Positions 14,071 through 28,194 of a stretch of DNA of 64,000 bases are shown piece by piece. Source of the DNA: Octopus vulgaris. Its lineage: Eukaryota. The stretch's first letter is position 1; every line of letters begins with the position of its first letter. A program made the translations under genes and the position numbers. The notes beneath the pieces are model-generated. The model made no database searches, was not told the origin of the DNA, and saw only the letters and a list, made by a program, of their open reading frames with translations. The stretch lies in the NCBI GenBank assembly GCA_951406725.2, contig OX597815.1, positions 124,124,001 to 124,188,000 on the forward strand, written 5' to 3'.

Positions 14071-14359
14071 ATAGATACTTCTAAACAAACATGATTTTTA
14101 ATGAAATCCTAATATTTTCAATGAGCTTTTTAATATTTTCTCAAGATTTTTCCTTTATCAAATAATGTATATATGTATTGTAATATTTTGTGACAACCAG
14201 TACTTAACACAACAAAGTTTTTACAAAACTTTTACATTTTACTTTTGATATTCTTTTTCTAAAAAAGTGAAACCGGTCAAGTGAATAAACACTTTTTAAA
14301 ATTGCATTTTCAAACCTTCTTTCATATATATTTTCACTCGTGCGGTATTTTGCAACTTC

Positions 14360-14390
<31 letters not shown>

Positions 14391-14530
14391 TACGGAGATG
14401 TACTCGCATAGCAAGTAATTTGATCTGAGATCGTGTGCTGAAACGAAAACAATTGCAGCGTGGGAGGTGTTTATAAGCCATTTAAGAAACACACAAAAGC
14501 CGTTCGATTCACTCCAACATTTAAGTTTAA

Positions 14531-14580
14531 TTTGTCAAAATATTTTCGTCGCTAAAATCCGCGACCTGTTCACTGACAAA
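14531..14580 (-). ncRNA. Minimal type I hammerhead-ribozyme-like motif (G3-C8 core variant), copy A, in a TA-flanked repeat (14393-14600)
   Basis: TTTGTCA-GTGAACA-G-GTCGC-ggatttta-GCGAC-GAA-AATATT-T-TGACAAA: stem I, core, stem II, GAAA, palindromic stem III. Confidence 0.5.
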
Positions 14581-14595
14581 GTCCGTGCTGCATCT

Positions 14596-14702
<107 letters not shown>

Positions 14703-14892
14703 TATATGGGTACAGGACGTTACAAAACATAAGCAACATGAAATTCGAAGGCAGTTGCTCCCGCGAACCAAAATAAAATTTAGGATTTGCAGATGATCTT
14801 AGTTACAAAACCAGGACAGTGGAGACATACAACAAACCAAACGAAAACAAACATGGAGGGCCGTTAGGCCAGACGAGGTAAGGTAGCGAACG

Positions 14893-16201
<1,309 letters not shown>

Positions 16202-16370
16202 TAGTAATTTGTGGTAAATCATTTTACCTTTGCCCATATAATACAGTAAATGAATTGATTGCATCGCAATCATTAACATTTCTGTATTAACTTTGTTGGG
16301 TACTTCACTAGCAGTATATTGGATATATGTTATCCCATAGAGGGTTGCATTTACAACCCCTATCTCAATT

Positions 16371-16460
<90 letters not shown>

Positions 16461-16502
16461 CGGAAAAGAAGCAGACTCAAAATTATAGAGCAGTAATATA
16501 TT

Positions 16503-17080
16503 TATAAGCAGTTACGTATATGTCCGGTCATAGAGTGACCAATGGTTTTGCATCCATAAAGCGTTTAACCCTATGAACGACTCGTCAGACCCTAATGGCG
16601 GCGGTATAAATCCGTTACGGTTAGTTAATTAGTAAACAAAGAATAAACTTTGTGAGTCGGCAAGAGTAAAGTTATTTTCCTTAGACCAGTTTAGATTGCA
16701 GTCCATATGAGCTAAAGTGGCGAATGGGGAACCTTCACCCTTAGGTTGCTTCTATCCAGTAAGAACTTTTCTTGTTCTAATCAATGAACGAGGAATCCCA
16801 TGCTTGCAGCAGGCAGCGTTTGCAGAGATTCCTCATTCGCCACTGTAGCCCACATAGACTGCAGTGCTTAACTGGTCAAGGGAGATAACTCACTCTCGCC
16901 GAACCATAAACTTTACACTTTGTTTACTAATTAACAGACCGTTACGGATTTCTATCTCCAGTTTGAAGAAGTATATGTCCTCCATCATTAGGGTTTGGCA
17001 AGTAGTCCATAGGGTAAGCGTCTTATGGATGCGAAATCATTCGTCACTCAATGACTGGACATATATTGAACTGCTTATAA
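16503..17080. mobile_element. Foldback MITE with ~230-bp imperfect inverted arms
   Basis: TATAAGCAGTTACGTATATGTCCGGTCATAGAGTGAC... matches the reverse complement of ...GTCACTCAATGACTGGACATATATTGAACTGCTTATA, with similarity extending inward to ~16735/16824. Confidence 0.8.
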
Positions 17081-17084
17081 TATA

Positions 17085-17120
<36 letters not shown>

Positions 17121-17188
17121 TATTGGTAAAAACGGTAAGATAACAAAAGAAAGAAAGAGACCTCAAAATTATGTAAATAGAGGAAATT

Positions 17189-17316
17189 TATCTGTAAAAT
17201 AATGTGACAATTATTCAATAGCCAAGATAAAACTTTGAGTTTTTTCCACCTCGGCATCCGAAACACAGAGTTTTATCTTGGCTATTGAATAATTGTCACA
17301 TATTATTTTACAGATA
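17189..17316. repeat. Near-perfect ~48-bp inverted repeat
   Basis: TATCTGTAAAATAATGTGACAATTATTCAATAGCCAAGATAAAACTTTG and CAGAGTTTTATCTTGGCTATTGAATAATTGTCACATATTATTTTACAGATA. Confidence 0.85.
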
Positions 17317-17643
17317 TATACATATAAATTATAATAAGGGTGTTGAATGATTACAACACCAGTCTGCTAGAAATAGACTAAGCGAGAATTTATAAAATAA
17401 TTTGGATAGTTCTTTCCCGATCATCAGTGGCAACATACCGAACTTTGAAATACAGATACAACTCGCTTTTGCCAGCTGTTTGAATATAAAGTGTCTTGCT
17501 CAAGGACACAACGCGTCGCCGGGAATTGAACTCATGTCATTACGATTGTGAGCCGAATACTCTAACCACTAAGCCACGTGCCCTCACACACATACGCACG
17601 CACGCACACGCGCGCGCGCGCAACAAATGATTAACCTACTTAC

Positions 17644-17762
17644 GTTTGAGACATGCATTTTCTCTTTGAGAATGCTGACTCCATCCGGGACAACACGTGT
17701 ACATCACTTGATGTTCTGCTTGAAATCGTATGACGTAACGGACAATTTTTTGTTGAACAACC
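17644..17762 (-). CDS. EGFL7/8: EGFL7/EGFL8-like gene, coding exon 3 (EMI domain C-half)
   Basis: Acceptor CCTTTTCTTCAG|, donor |GTAAGT. 119 nt, phase 2-1, reading (K)VVQQKIVRYVIRFQAEHQVMYTCCPGWSQHSQRENACLK, which contains the EMI hallmark CCPGW. No downstream EGF exon was found in 1-17643, so the gene probably continues left of the window. Confidence 0.9.
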
Positions 17763-18057
17763 CTGAAGAAAAGGAAGGTGACATTTAAACAACGAAACAT
17801 ACTCCTTATTGAGTGATCTCCAAAGATTTGATAGTAGTGTTAAGTAAAAAATGGATTAAATCTATAATCAAACCTGAACGACGATATTACCAATGTTTTC
17901 CCATTTTTAAATCGAAAGGTTTTCACATGACGGAAATGTCTCAATTATTTCTAGAATATATAGCAACCATGTAGAGGTTTGGGGCTAGCGAAGACGGTTG
18001 TAACGTTTAACAGCATTTGATATGCCATTGTATCTAAATCTAGGTCAATATCTGTTA

Positions 18058-18931
18058 CGTGGTCTGATCAATAAGTATCCGACCTGTTGCCACAATAACA
18101 AAACTAAAGCACGCAGAGTAAAATCCGCTTAGCACAGATTGACTTTGAACTCTCCTATGCATGTGCATTAAGTTTTAACGTTCTAGCTCACTTCCGCTGT
18201 TTACAGAAGGGCTTGGAACGAAGGCGTGTAGCGTGTGATCGTCGCATTGACCATGACAGAAAGTTGAGTAGAGCATCTGCATCAAATTTTGCCAAACGCT
18301 TGGCGATACTTGCTCAAAGGCCTACGCAAAGTTTTCAAAAGGTTTTCATCATTCTCGACGCAATCAAGGAGATCTTGTGCAACTGAAACCCGAGTGTCTT
18401 TTTGGTCAGCTGAAAGCAATCTTGGCACAAACTTGGCAGACACGGTCTCATACCCAAATCTTCAGTGATAATGGACTGAACTGAACCGTAACTAATCTAC
18501 ACATTCTCTGATAATTCACGGATGGTCATTCGACGATTTCCCCTCACAGCTGCACGAACATCTGCGGTATTTTTCTCAGTTCTGCTGGTTGCGGGTATCC
18601 CAGAACGTTCGTCAATATCGACATTTTTCAACCACCTTGGAAACGTCTGAATCACTCGTACACTTGTGTGCCGCTCATAATCTCCTTTCCATACACTTTC
18701 TGCAACCTTGCGTCGGCCGCTGAACAGGTATCGCTATGACAACTTTCTCTGTCATGGTCAATGTGACGATCACACGCTACACACGTTAACAGCGGAAGAG
18801 AAGCTAGAACGTTAGAACTTAGTGCGTACGTACAACAGAGTTCAAGGTCAATCTTTGCCAAGCGGCTTCACTTTGCGTACTTTAGCTTCGTTGCTATGGT
18901 AACAATCCGGATACTTATTGATCATACTTCG
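18058..18931 (-). mobile_element. Non-autonomous mariner element with long (~200-bp) inverted ends and TA TSD
   Basis: TA-CGTGGTCTGATCAATAAGTATCCG ... CGGATACTTATTGATCATACTTCG-TA; internal minus-strand relic VSAKFVPRLLSADQKDTRVSVAQDLL (mariner WVPRLL-type motif). Confidence 0.85.
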
Positions 18932-19286
18932 TATTCCTCCATTGCATATATTTTTTATAATCTATGTATTTTCTTTTATTGCATTTCTTTTTGTTTTATT
19001 CGAATCCCTTTAAAACATAATACGCATTTTCTAACATCTTCACATCATACTTTGTTGTATGCTGTATAATATGTATATCTTTTGTATGTTTTAAAAATAT
19101 TTATTATTTCCGACTTTCTTTGATGATGTATCAAATACTTTTTAACGTTACAACCGTCTTCACAGGCCCCAAACCTAGGTCTGTTCCATCAAGTCGACCT
19201 GAAAATATTAACAACAGTATTAACAAATGTGCAGAGCCTCCTATGGTGACAGAGATAATCGATGAATAAGCAAAATTCAGGCTTAC

Positions 19287-19418
19287 TTTAATGTGGAGCA
19301 ATATCCAGTCACAGATGATCTACATGGTCTCATAACTCGCTGATATATGGGATGTGAAATGGTTTCTTGCTCTCGAATTGGTGATTGGACCACCCTCTGT
19401 TTTTGACAAACGTGACGT
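19287..19418 (-). CDS. EGFL7/8: EGFL7/EGFL8-like gene, coding exon 2 (EMI domain N-half)
   Basis: Acceptor TTTCTTTGTATCTTAG|, donor |GTAAGC. 132 nt, phase 2-2, reading (G)RHVCQKQRVVQSPIREQETISHPIYQRVMRPCRSSVTGYCSTL(K). The junction gives RPG-RHVC, compared with RPGRRVC...CSTY in vertebrate EGFL7. Confidence 0.9.
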
Positions 19419-19957
19419 CTAAGATACAAAGAAATTACAGTGCAAATAACACCAGAAAATAATTCAGCAGCATCTGTTTATTTCAATGGTGGTTAAAGAA
19501 TTTATGTTTTGTTACTTTTTTGTTAATAACTGGTTAGTTGTATATTTTGTTGTTCATGAAGCATATATTTAAACACTGAAATATAAAAGGGTATGCGGGA
19601 GAGATTCGAAAGATAGAAGAAAACACCCAGGTTTATATATATATATGTATAAAAAAATATATATAAAAATATAAAATGGGACAAGAACGCAAAACATTCA
19701 AATAGACGACAGAAAAAACAGACGGGTCATTCGAAGCCTCTAATCTTCAGTCTAGAACTGGATCATCCTCGCAATTTCGGCTGATTAATCTTGAGATCGC
19801 TCCAATCCGGCCAGCCCCAAGGAAAAACTAAGCTACGAGAATTAGATTTCTTGGAAAAAGGATCGAATGTATACGAAACAAGGACAGAAAAACGGACGAT
19901 GCCACACGAATATAAATATAAAAAACAAAAAGTAATACGAATATAAATACAAAAAAC

Positions 19958-20015
<58 letters not shown>

Positions 20016-20279
20016 GGACAAAAACAACAGGCGTCTTTCGACTTTAGACAGTTCAACTTAGCTGGCGTGTTTGAAAAATAATGCCTTACGGCAAGAGAGA
20101 GTGCCTAGGATTGGAGGGACAAAAGAAAGGCAGGGTCAGTGAGGTGCAAAGTGAGAAAGGCAGAGAAATGTGAGAGAGTGGGGGAAGAGGAGACCAAAGA
20201 ATCAAAGAGGCATATATATATATGTATGTATGTATATATATATATGTATGTATGTATATATATACACATATTACATATA

Positions 20280-20336
<57 letters not shown>

Positions 20337-21734
20337 GGCTTAGGCATAGCGATAATAATAACCTGGTGTTAGTACTCAACATAAATATACTTTAGAACAA
20401 AGTATTCATCAAATACAGAACAGTAATGAGAAAGGGAATAAGAAATTATGTCATGAGATTTTAATTTTTATACACACACACAAACAAATTTACGTTACTA
20501 AGGAGACATACAAACACAGCAAATTTAATTTTTTTCTCCGTAGATTATAAAAAAAGATCGAAGAACTGCCTTAATCGATTTTTGAATCGTATTGGGCTCT
20601 CATCAGAAGTATCTACATCATTTGACCAATACCAGAGAAAGAACTAACCAATCTGTTTATCTACACAAGTTCAGAAGCCTCATAGAACTGGAGCTACTGT
20701 ATCAACAGCCTGTCGTCGGCTTACCATCATCACAACCTCTATGGATCGTACAAAGGACAATGAATATACATTTACTATACAATCCAAGCTATAAATGAAG
20801 ATAAATAGTATTCTACTGGTGCAATATTCAACTATTAAAGTTGCCAAAGTGTTAATTCTGTCCTTTATTAATATTATTTATATCTTCTATTAATTCAGCT
20901 TTTAGCTTTATAAATTCTTCAATAAATATAACCACATTGAGAGTCTAGTACTTTACACAAGTAGCATGATATATATTTAAGAGACGGGAAAACATATTAT
21001 AAGGCAGACTGAAATAACACGTTGCTGTAACCTAAGTGAATAATTCATACCAATAACCTTGAAATCTAGATCTTATCATGTACTTCCAAGTCAGACGATG
21101 AATTCTAGAAGTAAGAATAATGTCACAAGCAAAAATATCTAAGTTCTTTTTTGCCCTTTCCGATAAATTTGTGACGTAAACGTGTATTATATCTTTGTGT
21201 TCAAGACCTCAATCTTGCCGTTGTCATCACTGAGTGGGGCCTTAGATTTATAGGGGGAAAGGTGGAATAGTCGATTAAATGAACTTCAGTATATATGTGG
21301 CTCTTGTTTTTCGACCCCGGTAGGATGTCTGGCAAAGCCATTCTCAGTAAGATTGGAATTAAAACGGTGGATATTGCAAGACATTTCTTTTATGTAATAT
21401 TTCTTGTACACAACTAAGTTAACTAAATAAATAGGGCAGCAATTTTGAGGGAATGGATTAGTCGATTACATCGATTATAGTACTAAACTGTTTCTGTATT
21501 TTATTGGCCCAGAGGGATGAAAAGTAAAGTGACCTCGACCGGATTTGAAATCAAAACGTGACACACTGGAATAAATACTGCAAGACATTTTTGTTCCACA
21601 ATTTCAATTCAAAATAATCTTTAATGTAGACACACAGCCACCCGTTCAATCTGATATGGGAAAAGTTCGAACTTACTATCTCATGTTTGTGAACCCAAAG
21701 CGCAATACACCTTCACAGTTCATAATTATATCTA

Positions 21735-21846
<112 letters not shown>

Positions 21847-21861
21847 CACACACACACACAC

Positions 21862-21920
<59 letters not shown>

Positions 21921-22179
21921 TACACAGATATGTATATATATGTATACGCGCGCACACACACATACACACACACGCACACACAATATAATATATATCTTAT
22001 TTTATACATTATATAAACCGATATGTGCATCATCAGGTGTTTTGATTTTGCGTAAAGAGAAGATACCTTTGTGTGTATAAGCTTGTGTATGCGCAGGTGG
22101 AATATATAGACGTTTATACATTTACATAAATATATATAAACATACACATATGCACACACACACACACAAACTGGCACTC

Positions 22180-22210
<31 letters not shown>

Positions 22211-22406
22211 TGTATGTATGTATGTATGTATGTATGTATGTATGTTGCGCATAGGAAGTTTTTTGTCGATGAACATCATGCTTGATGAGATAAACATAAA
22301 CTACATTGTCAGTAAACATCGCTTCATGCGGGAATGTATAAAATAAACATGCATTCATAAGATTTAATGAATGAGTGTATGAATGAGGGAGGGAGAGAGA
22401 TAGAAA

Positions 22407-22444
<38 letters not shown>

Positions 22445-22912
22445 GAAAGAGAAAGAGAAGGAAAGAAAGAGAGAGATAGAGAGAATAAGTGAGCGAGAGA
22501 AGACTGACTGACAGTATTAACCTTCTCCTGACATTATAAACATCTGAGATGTCACAAACCGTGTGTATAATTTCTGAACACCCCCATTGCCCATGTGAGT
22601 AATATGTTGTAGATAAACTCTTGTGACGGTGTTTAGCTGAGGTCAGTTAAAATTGATCTTCCACCTAAGTTGAAACGTGGTCCCATTTGTTTTTGTCGGT
22701 TATTGCTTTACTTTGTTGGGGGTTTTTTTGCGCTTTTTCTCCCTCTTCTTCTCCTAGTCTTAGAGCATTCCTGAACCATCCTGAATCAAATATTTAGCCA
22801 AACAAGATTTGATGTAAAATCTAGATAACTAAAAGGAAGAAAAAAAAAAGTCTATATCTCAGATATACATTCCTCATATACTACGTCCGCTCCTCAACGT
22901 GAGAAACTATAT

Positions 22913-23003
<91 letters not shown>

Positions 23004-23057
23004 ATATATGACGTCCTGTACCCATAAATGCATATATATATATTTATATATATATAG

Positions 23058-23367
23058 ACCACTCTTATTCTTTGTAAGCCTAGTACTTATTCTATCGATC
23101 TCTTTTGCCGAACCGCTAAGTTACGGGGACGTAAATACACCAGCATCGGTTGTCAAGTGATGTTGGCGGGACAAACACACACACATGTATATACATATAT
23201 ACGACGGGCTTCTTTCAGTTTCCGTCTACCAAATCCACTCACAAGGCTTTGGTCGGCCCGAGGCTATAGAAGAAGACACTTGTCCAAGGTGCCACTCAGT
23301 GGGACTGAACCCGGAACCATATGGTTCGTAAGCAAGCTACTTACCACACAGCCACTCCTGCGCCTAT
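23058..23367 (-). mobile_element. tRNA-derived SINE (family 2)
   Basis: 5' GGCGCAGGAGTGGCTGTGTGGTAAG...GGTTCAGTCCC head. Related copies or fragments at ~25830-26043 (+), ~43560-43935 (-), ~34220-34345 (+) and ~8805-8955 (-); 3' tails at 36575-36665, 36965-37050 and 40325-40565. Confidence 0.8.
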
Positions 23368-23486
23368 GTATATAAATCTTTAGTTAAATATATTCAATGA
23401 GAATATTATATACTGAATTTATATTGAGTGGTCTATTGTATCAAAGTATCAATACTATTAAAGTATTTATATATTTAATACGAGCG

Positions 23487-23517
<31 letters not shown>

Positions 23518-23816
23518 ATAATATATTATTATTAATATTAGCAAATCAATATCATAAAACTCCTCAGAAAGATATACACGTGTGAAAAATAATTGTTGTA
23601 TTTAAAATATATAAATAAATAAATATAAATATGTAAATATGTATAAGTATAAATATATAATGTATATGACAGTTTAAAAGTTTCGAATTAAGTATTTAAA
23701 GCCTCTTACGATCGTTTCACAGAAGTGTTGTCCTTATTTTGAAATCCTATATTGATAAGCATTTATAGACAACACTTCTGCTCTTCATAGATATAAAATT
23801 TGAATCTTATATAACA

Positions 23817-24329
23817 CTAGCAGTATCGCCCGGCGTTGCTCGGGTTTGTAAGGGAAATAACTATATAAGCATTTTTAGAGAGTTACTTCCCTTATAGATG
23901 CCAATTCGGGCTTTCTTAGCCATTTCTGTTTTGGTGTCTTCAAGCCATGAAGTCGTTGTTCTAAAAGAACGCTGGTCTCCTTGACAACGCTTTACGACGT
24001 TGATTTCCTTACACTCCCTTCCCCATAGCTTCACGAAGGAGGGAAGAAGGGGGAGAAGCAAACAGGTGCAGGTGTGACCATGGACGCCAACTCCGCCGCC
24101 ATCGACACACGAAAAATTATGCATTAAAATGGAATAAAAAATGATGTTAAATTATTTTTAAAATCGTAGACTCATCGTAGACGCGCGCTAATACTCAGAC
24201 GGGCTCGATATGAATCACGACTATAAGATACCCGAATTTGGTTAAACTGCACCGCAAAATGTGGGAGTAGTTAGGAATCTAAATCGAAGGGGACAGACAC
24301 TCACACAACTACAGTTTTATATATATAGA
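23817..24329 (-). mobile_element. Non-autonomous Helitron
   Basis: Minus strand begins A|TCTATATATATAAAA and ends with hairpin CCCGAGCAACGCCGGG...CTAG|T; inserted between A and T with no TSD. Confidence 0.8.
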
Positions 24330-24586
24330 TATCGAATGATAGTTTTTTAAAACTTGAAGTAATACTATAAAATAGTGTTTGTTTGAAAGATAAATTAAAA
24401 ATTAAAAATTACTGCTTTTGATGAGAGTCTTTAAATCCATATATACTTCCTTGGTTAGTCTTCTGCAATAATCCATAATATTCATATATAAAATCTGTTA
24501 TATTGTCTTGTATTCCAAATATAGTTGATATAGTTATTTTAGAAATGTAAAATTTGTATGTACTTTAGTATGAGAACCTTGAAATC

Positions 24587-24647
24587 CATATATGTCTTCT
24601 TGGTAATTCATCTCTGCTACAGGGGAATTACCAAGAAGACATATATG
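24587..24647. repeat. Perfect 23-bp stem hairpin with 15-nt spacer
   Basis: CATATATGTCTTCTTGGTAATTC / GAATTACCAAGAAGACATATATG. Confidence 0.9.
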
Positions 24648-25035
24648 AATGTGTGTCAGTGTGTCACACTTTGACCTCCTCTCTCACTATTCAATGACAC
24701 TTCTACTCCACTTGCTGGGGTGAGAGTAACAGTAGGAATAGAGACGGTGAGGGTGGTAGTAGATTGACAATTGAAATGGTAATGGGGTGATAGTAATAGT
24801 ATGAGCTGTAGTTGTGGTAAAGACGGAGGCGACGGTGTTGATGGTGGTGGTGGTAGCTGAGGCTGTCAAGCATGACGGTGACAGTAAGGGATGTGAAAGA
24901 CAGTGGTGATAATGGTGGAGAGGAAGGCGGCGAAGTCAAAGGTGTTGATGGTGGTGGCGTCAGAAGTTTGAATAGTGTGTGTATAGCAGCTATGGTGGTA
25001 CTGGTGATGGTGATGGTTGAAAACAATCAACAGAA

Positions 25036-25066
<31 letters not shown>

Positions 25067-25376
25067 GAGAGAGAGAGAAGAGAGAGAGAGCGAGATAGAG
25101 AGAGGGAGTTAGAAACAAAAAGTGTAATGATCCCTGAACGGGAAGACAAAAAATGTTGTTTATCATGAAGCTCTGCAATAAGTTCCAAGTCGACATAATA
25201 TATCATTGTTTTGACGAAAATTGTTAATTGCTTGAAAAATATAGGTCAAGTTTAATAAAATTTAATATGTAATCAATACATGAAGTGTCATTATTGGGCT
25301 CAAGGCCCAATGAAGAGGCCTCCACAGGAGCTAGCTCAAAAGCCGCCCGATAGGGCGGCTTATATATGTAGGTATG

Positions 25377-25408
<32 letters not shown>

Positions 25409-26141
25409 TGTATGTATGTATGTATGTATGTATGTATGTATGTATGCATGTATGTATGCATGTATGCATGTATGTATGTATATAATGTGTGTGTGAGTGT
25501 GTAAATTTATATATATATATACTCATCAAAGTAAGCACATAAATGTGAAACAAGATGGGAGAAAATAGTGCTCAAATACTGGAGGTAGAGTAATATGCTT
25601 CATTATCATTAAAGCTGCAAAAACATGACGATATTTTTGTGATGTTTTATGAAGCTCTAATAATAATAATAATAATAAGGATTGTGATATTTTTGTGATG
25701 TTTTTGCAGCTTTAATAATAATAAAGTATATATATGTATGTGTATATATATATAAGTGTGTGTGTGTATGTATGTATGTATGTATGTATGTATGTATGTA
25801 TGTATGTATGTATGTATGTGTCTATGTGTCTGTGATTGCCCCATCCCCCACCGTCGCTTGACAACCGATGTTGGTGAATTTACGTCCCCGTAACTTAACA
25901 GTTCGGAGAAAGTGACCGATAGAGTAAATACTAGGCTTACAAAGAATGAGAACTGGGGTCGATTTCTTCGACTAAAAAAACCTGTAAGGCGGTGCTCCAG
26001 CATGACCGCAGTCAAATGACTGAAACAACCAAAACAATAAAAGTATATATATATATATATATTTATACATACATACATACATACATACATACATACATAC
26101 ATACATACATACATACATACATACATACATACACACATATA

Positions 26142-26782
26142 TAATAATAATAATGTTCGTCCTTCGGTTCGAAGATGACCAACTGACATCATCTGATGGA
26201 ACTGGCGCCATGAGACCGGAGGTGGTTGGTGAGGCCAATCCGGGCAAGGAAGCCCCTCCCACAGGTGGGGCAGAAGTGGGTAGGGGCCGTGCTACTGGTG
26301 CAGGCGGCTCTGGCTTTACGCATCTGACGTTTCTGCTCCGCTGACCGAATCCGTCCCTCCTCGGCTGTCCCTGCTCCCACGGTGATTGCGCTGCGCCAGG
26401 ATGAGCGGTTGGCAGCAAGTGTCTCCCAGGTCTCTGTTCCGATGGAGAAGTCTTTGAGAGAGACCTTGAGACAATCCTTGTAGCGCTTCTTCTGCCCTCC
26501 GACTTTGCGCCTGCCCTGGCCGAGTTCACCGTAGAAGAGCTGTTTTGGGATGCGAGTGTCGGACATGCGGGAGACGTGGCCCGCCCATCTCAGCTGGGCC
26601 TTGCGCATGATTGTGATGGTGCTAGGGAGATCTGCCTGCTTCAGAACTTCCGTGTCTGGGACTTTGTCCTGCCAGCGGATGTGAAGGAGGTTCCGAAGAC
26701 ACCTGAGATGGAAGTGGTTTATCTGGCGCTCGTGCCTTCGGTAAGCAGTCCACGTCTCGCAGCCGTATAGTAGGGTGGTAAG
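26142..26782 (-). mobile_element. Young 5'-truncated RTE-clade LINE with C2H2-like C-terminus, (ATT)n tail and TSD
   Basis: Stop-free TTLLYGCETW...QLRWAGHVSRM...PKQLFYGEL...CPTCGRGFLARIGLTNHLRSH; 30-nt direct repeat at 26112-26141 and 26783-26812. Confidence 0.93.
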
Positions 26783-26842
26783 CATACATACATACATACA
26801 TACACACATATATATGTATACATATATATATATATTGATATA

Positions 26843-27010
26843 CAGGGTGCGATGGGTAAAGTATCGCCATTCTATATCTTTAATTGCGCATTTTTTTTTA
26901 TTTTCTCGGCTACACAGTATTGTAGGGTCAGTTGGATATCCGGTCAACATCATGGTGTTTGGAGTGATCACTAGTGGTGGCGATGTTATGCCTCCATTCA
27001 TCTTCCCACA
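26843..27010 (+). mobile_element. Tc1/mariner fragment (TIR start and transposase piece)
   Basis: TA-CAGGGTG start; YPVNIMVFGVITSGGDVMPPFIF resembles the HPASVMVWGVIS.DG motif. Confidence 0.55.
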
Positions 27011-27452
27011 GTTATGGTATCATTTAATACATCATTGTGGGGTAGAAAGGGCTCCTTAGCCGTAGTGAAGGCAATCTATCTAGGGAGATAACCTTACAAT
27101 AAATCACTCGGTCCGTAGCTTAGAAATACTGGGTTGACGTCCAGCGGGAACAGCTTTGTTTCATGGAGGAGGAAAGATCTTCTTTAGTGCTTGGTTGTAC
27201 AATGCTTTCCAATGTGTGTAGTAGTGGCGCGCGCACACATTATTAGCTATTTGAAAAGACTATAAGTCTCGACCACGGTCGAACAATGATGATGATGATC
27301 ATCATTTAAATTGGAATGACCTTCATACGTAGATATTAAGGGAACAGATTATTGTATACACCATTAGTAGAAAGAACTTTAAGTAGGTCAAGATGCATTC
27401 ACAGTGAACAAAATAAATCGAAATTCTAACCATATTCTGTTTTATTCTATAG

Positions 27453-27514
<62 letters not shown>

Positions 27515-27540
27515 TGTATGTATGTATGTATGTATGTATG

Positions 27541-27621
<81 letters not shown>

Positions 27622-28155
27622 GTGAGGTTCAGGGCAAATTTGTTTACAATCTGGCAAATATATTTGCGATTATTTCGCTACGTTAACTGATGTACCCTTT
27701 TATCTAAGTGATTTCTATTTAGAGTCCTTTACTTTGAAAATAATTAAACTTTTCTCAATGAACGTAACGCATTTTACTGCTAATTCGTTTCAGCGATTTA
27801 TTAACCTGCAATTAGAGGTAAGTATATGAAGTATTTCTTCCAAGTAGAGATCACATTTCGAATTCCCGATAATATACGGTGAAGCGCTATTTAAATTGAC
27901 CATTTAATATCATATTTAGTGTCCCTCCCTATCATCTAAAGTTCAAATGAATCAACGCAAACTTGTACGATTCATTCCACCCTCTGTTTTTGAAAGAAGA
28001 AAGGTAGAATGGCCCCCTCAAATGGACACACTAATTTGCTCTTATAGTTACAATAATACTTATTAACATATGTATGTATATATGTGTATACGTGTGCTTG
28101 TATATTTGTGTAAATCTCTTTGAGTGTGCGCGCGTGTGTGTATATACAGAGAAAG

Positions 28156-28194
<39 letters not shown>

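Noticed and set aside
18890-18903. X-box-like GTTGCTATGGTAAC
   Set aside because: Lies inside a mariner terminal repeat with no promoter context.
20543-20790. Unique-looking segment with acceptors on both strands
   Set aside because: No frame gives a recognisable protein, and it is not needed for the EMI gene model.
26189-27001. 270-aa ORF as a host gene
   Set aside because: A chance fusion of antisense mariner sequence, microsatellite and the RTE C-terminus.
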